Part shown: piece after piece, positions 37,926 through 51,200 of the stretch
Numbering within the stretch: position 1 is the stretch's first letter
Layout of the letters: each line of letters opens with the position of its first letter
Source: Chlorokybus atmophyticus
Taxonomy: Eukaryota > Plantae > Mesostigma and Chlorokybus algae
Reading direction: 5' to 3'
DNA: 64,000 nucleotides
Assembly: GCA_009103225.1 (NCBI GenBank)
Contig: RHPI01002069.1
Coordinates: 831,378-895,377 of the forward strand
Made by a program: the position numbers and the translations under genes
The notes under the pieces: model-generated
The model's database searches: none
Seen by the model: only the letters and a program-made list of their open reading frames with translations
Told to the model about the DNA's origin: nothing

Positions 37926-39334
37926 CTACACGCGCTTCGCAACCTTGCCAGCAGCTACCAACTCCTCTGCTTCTCTCACAACCGGCGCCGATTTGGCTAT
38001 GCCGTACATAGCGAAGAGTGCCATCTGTATGGTGGCCAGCGACAAGCCGATGCCGTTCGGGACATAGATCATCGGATCGTGGGCGACCAATGCGCCATAC
38101 GCCGACCACGCCATTGCGTTGCAAAATGTGGCTAGCGACATTGCGAATGGCATGGAGGCTGTGGACTTCTCCTTGATGACTGCAGAGTGAACCACAATTG
38201 AGCAAGGCATATACCACTGCTAACATCCTTTGCCTCTGTAAAGGATCGAGTAACTTGTTGAACCTCACTCACCTGTTGACATTGCAGCAAGTGGAGACCC
38301 CATCAGGATGATGGCCATCGTGCATCCAAGCAGGCCAATGCCGGTGATTGAGGTGGGTGCGCTTAACATCGTGGCCATACCAGCTGCCGCAGCTGCAACC
38401 CCTGCAGCCCCTGTAAACACACATGCAACCACGCACATCAGTTGATGCATACTTGTGGTGAGTATCAGATAAGCAGCGCAGTTGGGTCGGAGTTGGGTTT
38501 ATTACCAACCTGCATAGTATTTGTTGAGCGACTGCGAGCTGTTGGTCGCGAAGACGTAAGTGTAGTATGTGCCGAACAAGAGGCCGGAGACATTAGGTGC
38601 AAGCACTGTCAAGTCACTCTTAAGCACACCGTACAGCGTCCAGACCAGACAGTTGGTCGCCAAAGAGACAAACGGAAGCGGCGACAGATTGCCAACGGAC
38701 CTATCTGCCTTGATCTGCGCCACTGTCTTGAATCTGCATGAGGTTGTTGTCTCAACCCATTGCACTTCTAGCGTTGTGCTAGCAAGATATGACTCGGGTG
38801 CAGCAATAAGAAATGCATGCAAGCAAGTTGTGCTTACCCTGACAGCTGCATGAACAGGAAGCATGCTGGAGGGAGCACCGACAAGACTTGCACCGCCAGC
38901 GGTGATAGCGCAGGGCCGAGGTTGGTAGCAGCGGCTGCAGCGGCGGTCACCGACGTCTTCTCCGCAGCCGCAGCTTGAGCCATGGCAGGGGCGCAGGCCA
39001 TGGAGGCAAACATCAGGCCTGTCGCTTGGGCGATGCTCGGCATTGGCTGCCTGCGGTGCTTGTCGTCCTTCTCCTTCTCCTTCTCCTCAACCTCCTCCTT
39101 GGTGGTGGTGCTGCTGCTGCTGCTGTTGCTGACGCAGTGAACTCCAGCTGCCGGTGAAGCAGTCCGCATGTTTTCCCGCCACGACCGCCCTCCTGACGAC
39201 GAGCACGGCCTCATTGCGTCCGACATTCTGCTCTTAGGCCCGACCCTCGTCAGCGAACCCCTCGACAATGTCGCCGCCGCCGCCGCCGCCGGCCACACCC
39301 GAGGCCCCAACACGCTCATTAGTGCTGCTGCCAT
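37926..39334 (-). CDS. SWEET: SWEET (MtN3/saliva) sugar transporter with a long N-terminal extension
   Basis: Two MtN3 repeats: PPACFLFMQLSG|FKTVAQIKADRSVGNLSPLPFVSLATNCLVWTLYGVLKSDLTVLAPNVSG and IILMGSPLAAMST|VIKEKSTASMPFAMSLATFCNAMAWSAYG..HDPMIYVPNGIG. Confidence 0.93.
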
Positions 39335-40058
39335 GCTTGCCAGCTGTCAGGCAGTCGAAGCTGGGGCAGGTCGTTGCACAACTAGTCAAGCTGTGCTGCT
39401 GTACAAGCAAGCTGCGCACAAGCACAATGCTCAGTGGTTGTTGGTAAATGAGGGAAAACATTACATACACACATACATGTACATAGGTGTAGTCATACCG
39501 TGCGGGTGTTAAGCTTACCGTCGCTTGTAGGCGCGCTGCCGCTTGCCTTGACCCTGCAGGTTAGCTGGCTACCTGAATGAATTGAATTCGCCACGCGCTA
39601 TTCAGATGATCTCTCACTTGCACAATCTATCACTGTCACTCTCAACAACACAACTCCACGCGTCCTCCCAACACCAGCAGCACAGCACTGCTCGACGAGC
39701 ACGCGCCTACCAAAGCAACCAAAGTAAGCAGCAACACGAGTAGATGTTATGCTGCTACTGCTTCTGCACACCCACCAAAGGCAACTCGCCAACACTTCTA
39801 CACAGTGAAAACAGAGTGCAGTACGTCACTCAGCAACTCACTGCACGCACACAGGTGGCAACGCAGCTGCTTTGAGGCTCAGTTCTGAATCGGCGCACCA
39901 ACAGAATATCAACATCATTTGGCGCCAGCGCGCTGCCGATCGCTTGGATATTCACACCCAGTTCACCAGATCTGATCGGGGTTGCTGCGGGGGCCGCGGA
40001 GATCACGTTCTGGCTCAGCTTGCTTCGATTGCGTCTTGTCAACCCAGATCGACTGTTT

Positions 40059-40066
40059 TAGGGTTT
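40059..40066 (-). promoter_or_regulatory. Telo-box (AAACCCTA on the minus strand) just upstream of the ribosomal protein gene
   Basis: TTTTAGGGTTT at 40056-40066, 20-40 nt before the candidate ATGs (40087/40105) of bTHX. Telo-boxes typify promoters of plant translation-machinery genes. Confidence 0.5.
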
Positions 40067-40086
40067 GCTGCTAGGTTGTGGTAAGC

Positions 40087-41011
40087 ATGGGCAGAGTGTC
40101 AGCCATGTGGGCGGCGGCGGCGAGGGTTGGTGGAGGACTCGCCGCGCGGCGTTTGCAGCAGGCCGCAACTCTTGCGACAGCTGCGTCTGCTTCTGCTGCT
40201 GTGGGCGTGACTGCTGCCGCGAGTAGCGAGGGCTTGAGGGACAGCCCCGGCACCAGCACTGCATTCGCTCACTCGTGGAGGTTTGCCCTTGAGGAACGGA
40301 GCACGGATTGGTTGCTGGAAGACGACATCCCAGGCCCGCACGGTACGCCTGTTGCAATACACTGGTATTCCGTTGCTCAATTACCATCCAGTGCATGCAG
40401 TCAGTTGCACATGTAGTAGGGACGCAATGCATGATATAAAAAGCAATATTGCAACTGAAGTTACGACTGTCTTGATGCAGACGGGCAATTTACTACACCT
40501 TCATTGCACATTGTCATCCTTATTTTGAATGCTTTGTGTCCTTGTTGTTGTTGTAAACTTGTCCAACTGCACTCGATGCTGCCTTGTGATCACATAACCC
40601 AACAGAACTGCTCGGGGTACAATGCAGGCAGCACACCTTGCACTCAACATGTTTACACTCAAACGATGTTGCATGTCTGCCCTATTGTGCTCTAGATCAT
40701 AGAGCATAGAAAGGGCAGTGATGAAGCTTGCCGTGTATGCAGTTGTGTTGATGGGGCGTGGCGACAAGCGCACCAAGAGGGGAAAGCGGTTTAGGCATTC
40801 GTATGGCAAGGTGCGGGACATCTCAACACATGACCAATGTGACATGTGCACATGGTATACCACTGCAATCACCAGCTGACACGCTTGCATGCTGTGTGCA
40901 CAGAGTAGGCCGCACCACACGAACAAACAGCGTCATCTTCCTACCTTGCCAGTGCGGCCAGTGCAGCCACAACTACCAGCAGCAGGTGATGCGGTGGCGG
41001 GCCCCATGTGA
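40087..41011 (+). CDS. bTHX: Organellar ribosomal protein bTHX (S31/PSRP4 family), probably mitochondrial (3 exons)
   Basis: Exon 1 (Ala/Arg-rich presequence, ends CAC G|GTACG) joins 40743 onward VVLMGRGDKRTKRGKRFRHSYGK, then SRPHHTNKQ...GPM*. This matches the Thx signature G[RK]GD[RK][RK]T..GK.F..S[YF]G..RP. Confidence 0.85.
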
Positions 41012-41519
41012 CTCCACTGCACCAGCTGCCAGCCCATGCACAGCATGTGCACCTATGAGTGCAGCACGCTCTCCCAAATTGTCACACCAATGGCTATCTG
41101 CACTGTTACCAACAGCTTGTTGTTGACAGTCGGAATATGCAAGATCTTTGCCTAATTTTTGCTAGATGCATGCAGCTTACAACAGCACTGCCTGCGATTG
41201 TTGCTGGTGAGTCAACTTCGCCAATCATCGGACATTTGCCCTATCCACACGTGAATGTGCAGTTTGGTTAAGACCCAGGTACCCAATGAATTGAACATAT
41301 CTAGATGGTGGAGACGCCCAGCAAGTTTATGTGCTGCTTTCGCCGCGTCATTTGCCAGAACCATAGCATACAACCCATTGCACTTGTACACGTGCGGATA
41401 TGCACAGCAAGTTACTGTCCATCGCTAAGTGAAATGGGTTTTCTCACTGGTACACTTGCAAAACTGATGCCGCCGCCGTTAATGACACCATCACCATGGA
41501 CTGGCGGCTACTGTCTTCA

Positions 41520-44290
41520 TCACACTTTCCTTGGGGTTAAGTCATTGTCCCAGGAGTACACCTCGAAGTCAGAATCGTCGCCGTCCCAGTCGTGCATGGA
41601 AGAATGTCTGCTTCTGCACAATACCCAAAACCGCAGTTGACAGTGAGAACAACATTACAACATGTTGAACTCCACAGTCAGCATATGCTTGAAGTTGGCA
41701 GTGCGCAACACTGATGCCCACTGAACAGGTACCCTTTGCCGACGAGCCCTGCAAGCTCATCATCGGTGCCATCTCCACTGCCACCACCGCTTAATGCCAT
41801 GTGTGTGCGATGCATGGGCAGACCACTGGGCAAGAGAGGTACGGTAAGCAGATGTCCTTTGCAGATTGTGCAGGCAAGCAGATGGGAAAGTGCACACACG
41901 AACTCACCCGCTGTTGTACAAGCCCAACCCCGCCGCAACAACCGCAAAGGCTCCAAAGTATCCAAGGGGGATCTGGACAACATCATTATGATGGTCAGCA
42001 CGTGATGAAACCACCATGCAGTGTTGTGCACGTCAAGGTGAGAGTCAACAGCAGGTGGAAGTCAACATCGATAGCTTACTGGTTGTTGGAAAAGGACTGT
42101 GCGCGCGACGACTGCCCAGCCGTCTGATGTGAGCAGGGACAGGTTAAACATGGCAGATCCATAACGGAGCAGCATGACCGGCACCAGGGAGTAGAATGCG
42201 AATAGGGAGGAGAAGAACAGTATGAAGGGAAACACCTGTGACGGAGCAGCCAGCAGGGTCACTACTATGTCGCTCATGTAGCATGAATAAGGCATGCTTT
42301 CATGCAACTTGCTGCTTTACCACTGATGGCTGCCAGTTGATGGCCGCTAATCGCCCGCGCTCAAGGACTGAACTGGGAGCTAGTCAAGGTTTCCTGCTGT
42401 AACATGGCATCGCATGCGTAAACATGCAACAGAGTCACGAGCAGTTGGGCTGAGTCAGGATACAGTTGCGTGAGGCTGACCAAACCACCATAACACCCGA
42501 TCATGGACAGGATCTCCTCTTTGGACACTGAACCCAACAACTTTTCCTGCAATGACAGCCACTCGCTTACTTTGTAAGCACAGCTGCAAAGCGGTGACAA
42601 TGCACACACAAGCAACAACCTGCCAGACATTGGATATGGCATACAGCACAGCCCCCATCAGGCAGAGTGCGTCACCAAGCATAGGTCGCGGCCCGCCTGA
42701 TGAACAGAACAGAACATGTAGCACGCAGTTCAATGGTGATGTTCAATGGTGATGTTCAAAGGAGTGCAGTGCAGCATAGTGCACACACACACACCCGGAA
42801 CAGAGCCGCCAGTGACGTCTGTGATAACCAGCCCAAATATGCCCCCGAGGCAAAGCGCCACACCGGCATAATGCCTTCGGCTGTAGCGGGCACCCAGGGA
42901 GAAGGTTGTCAGCGCCAGGACGCAAGGCACACTGAAGCAGTCCAACAGCATCACGGAGGTTATTGAGGTGTACTGGTATGCCTGCACGACTGAACACGAC
43001 AACTGAGTTATACACGTACATGCGACAGCGCATATGTCTACTCAACTACTTCATCAAACAACAAACCAGTTCAAAGTTGGCGGTATACAAGCTCATGTCA
43101 ACCCATGCTTGCCTAGGAAGTTAGCTTCCACGTCCAACAAGCCCAATATGGCATACTTCCACCACGCATACTGCAGGAAGCACATGTTAATACACAAACT
43201 GCAGCAAACAGTGGGCCGTTTCAACAGCCAGTTTCAAGATAGACTCATCGAGCTTACTGTAGGCTTCTGGCGTCGGTACAACTGGATGCTCCCGTACACA
43301 ACAGCCAGCAGCACATAGTTGGCAAACGACTGCGTTGTCGGCACATCAATGCCTGTCACAAGCAGGATTAGCAAGTCAAGCACAGCAAGACAACACAGCA
43401 GAGGGGAACTCGGCCTTGAGGATACCTTGCATGTGCTGGAGTGGAGACAGGACTGCGCTACATACCTTTGAGCGAGAGCGTCTGTGAGCTGATCCCTGTC
43501 AACGTGATGAGTACCGACAGCCCCTGCCCAAGTAGCAAGCCTGCTACACGGGGGTGCCACTGTTTGTACCCACGCAACGCCGCTACTGCTGCCGACCTCA
43601 ACCGATGCGAGATAGTATCCTCTTTGTCGCCAGCTCCATTGACCGCTGCTGGTGCAGGGCCCACGGGAGACTCCTCCAGCTCAAAACTGCATCAAGTACA
43701 GAAGTTGTTGCCTTGACTCCCATGTCGTACACACACAGACACACGCACACTGGCTGACCAATGCATACACACGCACACATGCGTGCGTGTGTGTGCCTTG
43801 GTCATACACGTGCTTACAAAGACATAGTTTTGTCACTGTAGTTACCGAAGGTATCTAAAGCCTAGACATGCATGCACGACAGAACGGCATTGGCATGTTG
43901 CAGTGCTGACCGCCAGCATGAACTGACTCAGGTCAGCGAGCATGCTGCTGATAATCGCAGCTGAATGCTGACAATCGCCGAACTCACGGACTTATAACTT
44001 CGTTGCTCAGCGAACCATCGCTGGGGGGTAAAGCTAAATACGTGGACACAGTGCTTGCTCTGGTGAACAAGCACTGGTTGCCTACCTCACCAAGCACCTT
44101 GAGTGTTCAAGATATCACGCAGCATGCATGACGCCCCCACACAATTTACATTTACCAGCATGTCCACTACAACAACCCAGCAGCGTTGCAAGAGCAAGAA
44201 GAGAGCGTAGACTAGTCTTTCAACTCGCTCGTACCTTTCAAGCAACGCCCCGCCGCTGGTGCTAGCGCGCCCAGCCGTCCCGCCGTTCAT
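41520..44290 (-). CDS. SLC35F: Solute carrier family 35 member F1/F2-like (DUF914) membrane transporter
   Basis: Contains LLLGQGLSVLITLTGISSQTL, IDVPTTQSFANYVLLAVVYG, WWKYAILGLLDVEANFL, AYQYTSITSVMLLDCFSVP, GDALCLMGAVLYAISNV and SAMFNLSLLTSDGWAV. Confidence 0.92.
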
Positions 44291-44483
44291 AAGCTGTACG
44301 TCCACAAGCTAATTTGAGGCAAGCAAAGCACAGACTCTAGACAGCGCCGCCGCCGCCCACGCCACTACCGCCGTTACTGCTGCTTCGGTCAGCTTCCACG
44401 TGGACTCTGAAGCGTATCTGAGACACGCGCTCACCATCCAAAGGGGCGTAATTAGGGCGCCTTGCTCTCACTAGCTAAGGAGG

Positions 44484-44515
<32 letters not shown>

Positions 44516-44680
44516 GCGGTGGGCGCTATGTGGGCGAAGCTGTTGTTAGCAAAAACTTGAAGCTGTTTGCGTTTTGTCACTTTTTCTGCACGCCAGAAAG
44601 GAAGTTGTGCTTTGCATGCGGGCTAGTGGGATGGTTGGTCAGCTGCTGGAGGGGAAGCTGCGGTCTTCCAGGAGGCGGTG

Positions 44681-47600
44681 ATGGTGGACGCGGAGGAGGC
44701 GCAGGTGGGGGCGGCGGGTGGGGATGAAGGTATTGATCCACACAATCAGCCCAAGGCCGTCAAGAGGAAAAGAACCGCAGACGGAGCTGAGATCAGCTTG
44801 AGTAAGGGCGATAATGCTAAGGAGCAGAAGAAGGCGAAAGCTGCTCCTGGGCGCAGTCCAGAGCTGAAAAAACTCTCTCGCAAGTACAGAAATGGTCCAG
44901 TTATTGCAACCAAGGTGAGCATGTTGGCGTGTTGGCGTGTTGGCGTGACATCACTCGTACAATGTGGTACTGGACATCGTAAGCGGGTGTTGATAGGCTT
45001 TTGTGCTGCAGTTGAAGTTGGTACCGACATAGAGTTTCCTCACATGTAAGTATTGATTTTGTAACAGGCCATCAAGGATAAGAAACTGAAGGGGAAGCTC
45101 AAGTCAGTGGAAAGCATCTACGATGAGGCAGCAGTGCGGAATGCGCAAGCAGAGAAGGTGTGCAGTCGACTACATGCAGCGAGACATGTCACTGTCACTT
45201 CGCAGCACAAGCAGTAACTCTGCATGTATAGTGTAGCAAGGGGTGTGCATTGCATGTAAGTGAATCTTAGTTAATCAACAACACCAACATGCCACTCCCA
45301 ACCAGTGGCTGCTGCCGGCGGAAGGGGGCTTCTTGGAAGCTGAGGGTCTCGAAAGGACGTACAGATTCAAGCAAGAAGAGGTTGTTGAGGCGCTTGATGC
45401 CAATAGCGCGCGCAAAGCATTCAACCTCAAGCTTGCAGGTCTGTGGTTACCTAAGTTTGCATGCCAGCTTTTCAGCAAACCTCGAGCGGGCATAGACAAG
45501 CGCGTGCAGTGCCATATGTGCAGACATCACCAGCACTGACCTTGTATGTTGATCTTTGACCTAACCAGACCTTGGGCCCTACAATGTGGACTTTACGCTG
45601 AACGGACGGCACCTGCTGATTGGCGGAAGGAAGGGCCACATTGCGCTCTTTGATTGGATGCGATTCAAGCCAGTAACAGAGTTACATGTAGGTTACTGGC
45701 AGTCACATGCAGCAATGTTCGCGAGACACATCTGCTGATGATGTGGTATGTGGCAGGTGAAAGAAACCACCAGGGACGTAAAGTTCTTGCACTCGCATCA
45801 GTACTTTGCAGTGGCACAAAAAAAGTGAGTGATTGCAGTGACACAAGATGCCAGATTCCTAAGCACCTTGCATGATGCAATGGTTGACACTGCCGGATTG
45901 CCATTCCTGCAGGTATGTGTACATCTATGATGACCGAGGCATTGAGCTACATTGCCTGAAGGTGAGAAGTGGCCTGTCTGTAGGTGTTGGACCACTGGTT
46001 TGTTCTAACACGGTATCGCCTTGACATCATAACAGGAGCATACAGAACCGCACAAGTTAGAGTTTCTTCCCCAGCACTTTCTGCTTTGCAGCATCGGCGC
46101 TTCTGGAGTCTTGCATTATCAGGCAAGTGTTTGTAACAAGCATGATTGTACTGTTGCGATGAAGGCATGGAAGCAGTTGACACCACTAGTTGTTGTGCAC
46201 AACACTTGTCAGCTGCCCATGCGACTGACTCTTATTGCAGGATTCGTCAACAGGCGCCATTGTAGCACAGCACCGCACGCGCCTCGGTCGCTGTGACGTT
46301 ATGTCTCGCAACCCTTACAACTCGGTCATCAATCTAGGCCACAGCAATGGCGTGGTATGTGCCAAGTTTGCAACGCAGACTCATGAGAAATATTGCATCT
46401 GCGGTTTTAGCGGCCTGCAACTACGGACAAATGCAGGTGTCGCTCTGGACTCCCAACTTGACCACTGCTGCAGCAAAGATCTTCTGTCATAAAGGCCCTG
46501 TGACAGCAGTCGCAGTGGACCAGGGTGGTCACAAGCTGGTGACTGCAGGTCTAGATGGGCAGGTAGCCAAGGCCGCTGTGTGTATGCGGTTGTGCAGATT
46601 CTTTGTATGCCTGTAAGGCGTTCCAGCTTGTGTTGATTGCACTGGCTTTTATACAGTTGGCTGCCTACGCAACAGGTGAAAGTTTGGGACATTCGCACAT
46701 ACAAGCCGCTACACAGCTACTTTTCTGTAACGCCAGCAAAGCATCTAGAGATCAGTCAAAAGGGTATGCTTGGAGTTGGTTACGGACCCCACATTCAGGT
46801 ATGGCTGCTGTGAGGCATATGCTGTTCACACATGTCTTGGCTTGACAGCAGCACTATAGATCAAGTATTGGCTCACTCTGTTGTTTTAGGTTTGGAAGGA
46901 TGCGCTGGACAGAAAGCAGGTGTCGCCTTACATGAATCACTTGATGCCTGGTGTACAAGTGCAAGACTTTGGTTTCTGTCCTTACGATGATGTCATGGCG
47001 GTCGGCCACTCCGCCGGTGTGGCTTCGCTCATCTTCCCAGGCTCAGGTGTGTAGCCCACTGCTGATGCCTTGATTTTGCTATTGCAGGTATTTCAGACAA
47101 TCGGCCTTCCTGACATGTTGTCCTGCAGGCGAGCCCAACTATGATACCTTTGTTGCAAACCCGTACGAGACAAGGAAGCAAAAGCGCGAGGCGGAGGTGC
47201 ACAGGCTGCTTGACAAGATCCAACCGGAGTTGATCACCCTGGACCCAGAGGCTATCACAACAATACAGGTAACCAGGACACATGGGATATGCGCCATGTG
47301 TGTGCTGTTGTTGTGAATGGCTTCCAGGTCATTTGTTGACATGTTGTGTGCGCTGCAGCGGCTTCCGAAAGAGCAGCAGATGGCAATGCAGCGTGAGCAG
47401 GAGGAGGCCAACAGGCGCATCATGATGGCGAAGGGCCTGAAGTCGGCGATGAAGGACAAAGCCAAGGGCCGGAGCAAGGACTCCAAGAAGTACAAGAAGA
47501 AGCAAAGCAACGTCATCGATTCGAAGTCACTGGAAGTGAGTGTGGCCGACCCATCTTGCATTTGTTGGGCACAACAGTGTCCTCGTGTGGTCTGAGTACC

Positions 47601-47769
47601 ATCTGCCTTGAAGAATGTGCCTTCTGACATCTCACACTGTTACGCGTAGGTTGAGGAAAGAGAAAAGGCCAAGAGGCAGGCAGCAGCCAAGGAGGCAGCA
47701 CAGGATGGACAGAAGAAGAGCAAGGTACCTGAAGGCATGTCTCCGGCGTTGGCGAGGTTCTATCGGTAG
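44681..47769 (+). CDS. WDR46: WD40-repeat SSU processome protein WDR46/Utp7 (BING4 C-terminal domain)
   Basis: Contains [80 protein letters not shown] and [42 protein letters not shown]. Confidence 0.95.
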
Positions 47770-48230
47770 TTGCCTGTTCCAGTAGTTAGATCTGCCAGGC
47801 AAGTAGTGCTTTGATTTCCAGGTTGTGCGTTGCAAGGCTCCTTGATCTGCAATGCACTGCAGTGTTGCGGCACACGTGTGGCTGTCATGGTGAAGAGACA
47901 TGCAACATCTGCAGTAGTTTCACAGCAACCTCCACACGATTTTTCCATGCTCAAATCGAACATGATATCTCCTTGTTGGTGCCTATGGAATCATCTGCGC
48001 TCTCGACTGTCTGCTTACATATGGTACACTGTCATACGAACAGTTTCTAACAAGCCAGCTTGTCGCGACGGTCAGCGCGGAACTGACGTGTCGGGTGACT
48101 TGCGCTCTGGTGGTGCACATCTCATGCTACACACTCCACCTATACTACCATCCTACATACACTATTCCTACAACCTTTGTCGTGGTGGCCATGTGGTGCA
48201 CACCAAGACAACAACTTCTGGCACAACGCA

Positions 48231-51200
48231 TCAAGGAGAGAGTGGCGGAGGCGATGCGAGCACGGACCCGCCCCCGCTGCCTGCGCTAAACGATGCCGCG
48301 GCTACACGGGGAGATGCGGATGACGTGAACGAGCCAACCGTGAACGACAGCCGGCTCAACAACCGGCTGTAGCGCCCGCCCGGCGACTGCGAGGCGTGCT
48401 GCGCGGCAAGGATCTTGTGCAGGTTGGTCGGGGGAGGCAGCTCAGGCAACGCGCTGCTTATCGCGGGTAGCGGCCGGTTCTGCACAAAAGTTGTCACATT
48501 CGTGGGAGCTGTTCATTGGAAAACATGTGAAAGATGCAGGAGTCCGACACACACGCACACACACGCACGTAGTAACCACTCTCACCTGTAGCGGTGCCAG
48601 CCTTATCCGTTGATGGTTCAGTTGCACCGCGCTGCTCCCGCCATCCCCATCATCCTCCGGACTCTCGTCTGGCGACGCTGCCGGCCCCTCCTGCTGCTGT
48701 GGAACGACGGGTGGCGGCGAAAACGGCGTGACCAGGGAGGAGTAGCCGGGACCCTCGCGAGGCGTCACGCTGTGGGCATATGGGGACTGCATCAAGATCG
48801 CACTCGCGGAACGTGTGCGGTCTTGAGCACCCTGACAGAGGCACGCAACCAACAGGCGAGTTGAGTTGGCGTGTTGGTGTGGGAATGTGGTGTAAGTTCC
48901 AAGCGCAAAGGGCAAAGATGTTGTCGTTCGAGGGTCCCCTCGTGCGTGCGTGCGTGCGTGCGTGTGCGTGTGCGCGTGCGCGTGCGCGTGCGCGTGCGTG
49001 GGTGGGTGGGTGGGTGGGTGCACTCACTTGCACGGCGCGCATGGCGGCCGCGGCGGCTGCTGCGGCGGGCGAGAGCGCCGGCAGAGGCTGCGTGGTTGCG
49101 GGTGCGGGTGACGAGGGCGGCATGGGCGAGGTGGCCGCGGTGGCGAAGGACGGTCCGGACTGCATGCTCTGCCGGAGCGACACGAACGACTGCGGCTGCG
49201 ATGGCGACAGCGCCGACGATGATATCAACGACGTCTGCGAGTCGGAAGTCCTGCCTACCCGCTTTGAGTGCTCCCTCCTCAAAGCGTCCATTGCCGCCTG
49301 TGTTTGACGTAAGAGTACAGTCTTGATACAATTGCACACGCACATGGGCACACACGCACGCACGCATGCACGTACGGATGCGTGCGCACAAGTGCGTACG
49401 CACAACACACACACACACACTCTTTCTCACCTGGAAGGATAGTCGTTTGAACGCCCCTCCCAGCATGCCCTCGTCGGAGCGGGTCGCCCTATCCCCGGAC
49501 CGGCCTCCTCCTCCCTGACCCGCAACCGTCGTGTGCGCCTGGAATGCCAACACCGCGTTGTGACGGGTCACGTTGCGGACGTGCCACCACCACAACGCCG
49601 CAACACCTACCAGGTAATACCAGATCAGTGCCATACACACCCACCCTCGCTCTCCCTCTCTCTCCCTCACCTGTGATGCATCCTGCGCCAAGGCACGACG
49701 CGCTGGTGACCACGACGATGACGAGCCAGCGCACAACGTTGGGGCTCTTGCCCTTGCCGTTGGGCACGGCGTTGTCGGGCGGCGGGGCTTGCGAGGGCGG
49801 GGGGAAGAGTAATGGAGTGCATTGATCCAAGTTCCAAGCCTGAGGTGGGTAGGAGGGATGCCCCACTCAGAGTCATATGTGTGCATGCGCGTACGTGCGT
49901 GTGCAAAGGAGAGAGAGAGGGCTTGTGTGTGAGTGTGTACCGCAGTGGTGTTGGTGAATGTCTGAGCCGGGCATGGCGTGCACGCGGCCTGTCCTGTAGC
50001 GTCCTGGTAAGTCCCTTCTGTGCAAGGGTCACACGCGGCACTGCCATTGCGCGATGAGCTGGACCCTGCAGGGCACGCCTCGCAACCCACCATGCCCGAC
50101 CTAGATAAGTTGCACACACGCGTATCAATCACTCAGTGCTCACGCGTGGTATCACCGCCCCACATACATGCACGAAGATTATGCGCAGCATACCTTGCGG
50201 CATAGGTGCCGAGACCACATGCGGAGCAAGTCTGAGCGGCGGGATCTATGCTATATGTCCCCGTTGCACACGCCTCGCAAGTCTTGCGGGCCTTCAGGAA
50301 TAATCCCGCCCCGCAGCAAGGGAGATAGAAGTCTGGACACTAGTTTGTGAGTACGGACCACACTGGCGTGTGCACAACCTGTGAGGGAGGTGAGAGTTGT
50401 TGTTGTTGTCACCTGGTCCAGGTACGAGTAGGAGAGATTGTGACCGGTATACAGCCGTCTTGTACAACGCGCGGCTGCCACAGTCCTGACTGCTGGCCAC
50501 TGATGCGGGCGTGCCCACAACCTGTTGGGAAATGCACACATTGCATGAGCTTGGTTCATGATACACACTCGAGGTTTCTCTCACCTGTCCTGAGCCCGAG
50601 CTCTCCAACAGCGTGATAGGTGTCGTGTTGGCCGCTGGCGGGCTTCCGGTCGGAAATGTGACCAGCAATCTCCCCGCTACAACCGCGGATGCGTTGTTAA
50701 GCAACTCCACACGGGCCCCCGAGTCAACTTCCATCACACCCGCACTCGTCTGCGTGAAGTTGGCCGTGAGGTTGAGTCTGTTAAGGAGAGTGAGTGACCC
50801 CGCGTTGATGAAACTCCAACCCGAACCCAACGTAACACCGAGTCCCGTTTCCCCACCCGCAAAGGTCCACTCTGCACCCTCCTCATTGGTAATAAGTCCA
50901 ATCGTAGTAGTGGGTAACGGGCTCGCAGTGACGTTCCACAATAAAGTCCCGTTGTTGCTTATCCGTGTCACACCGAGGGGGCTTGTGTTGGAGGAGGAGG
51001 AGGAGGCGATGGCATTCGTGTTGAGAGGAGTGAGGGTGTTGGAGTTGGCGGTGCCGTCGGTGCCTATGATGGAGTGGCCAGCGAGGTGGAGCTCGGACCA
51101 ACCCACAAGACCGCCGCCGACGCCGGAACCGGCCCACAACAAACCGGATGTGGCGGTCAAGATGGATATGGTTGGGATTGACGTCCCGTCGCCCTGTACA

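Noticed and set aside
47830-48372. 180-aa + strand ORF after WDR46
   Set aside because: It spans the WDR46 3'UTR and the antisense of the GC-rich last exon of the surface-protein gene; no independent coding signal.
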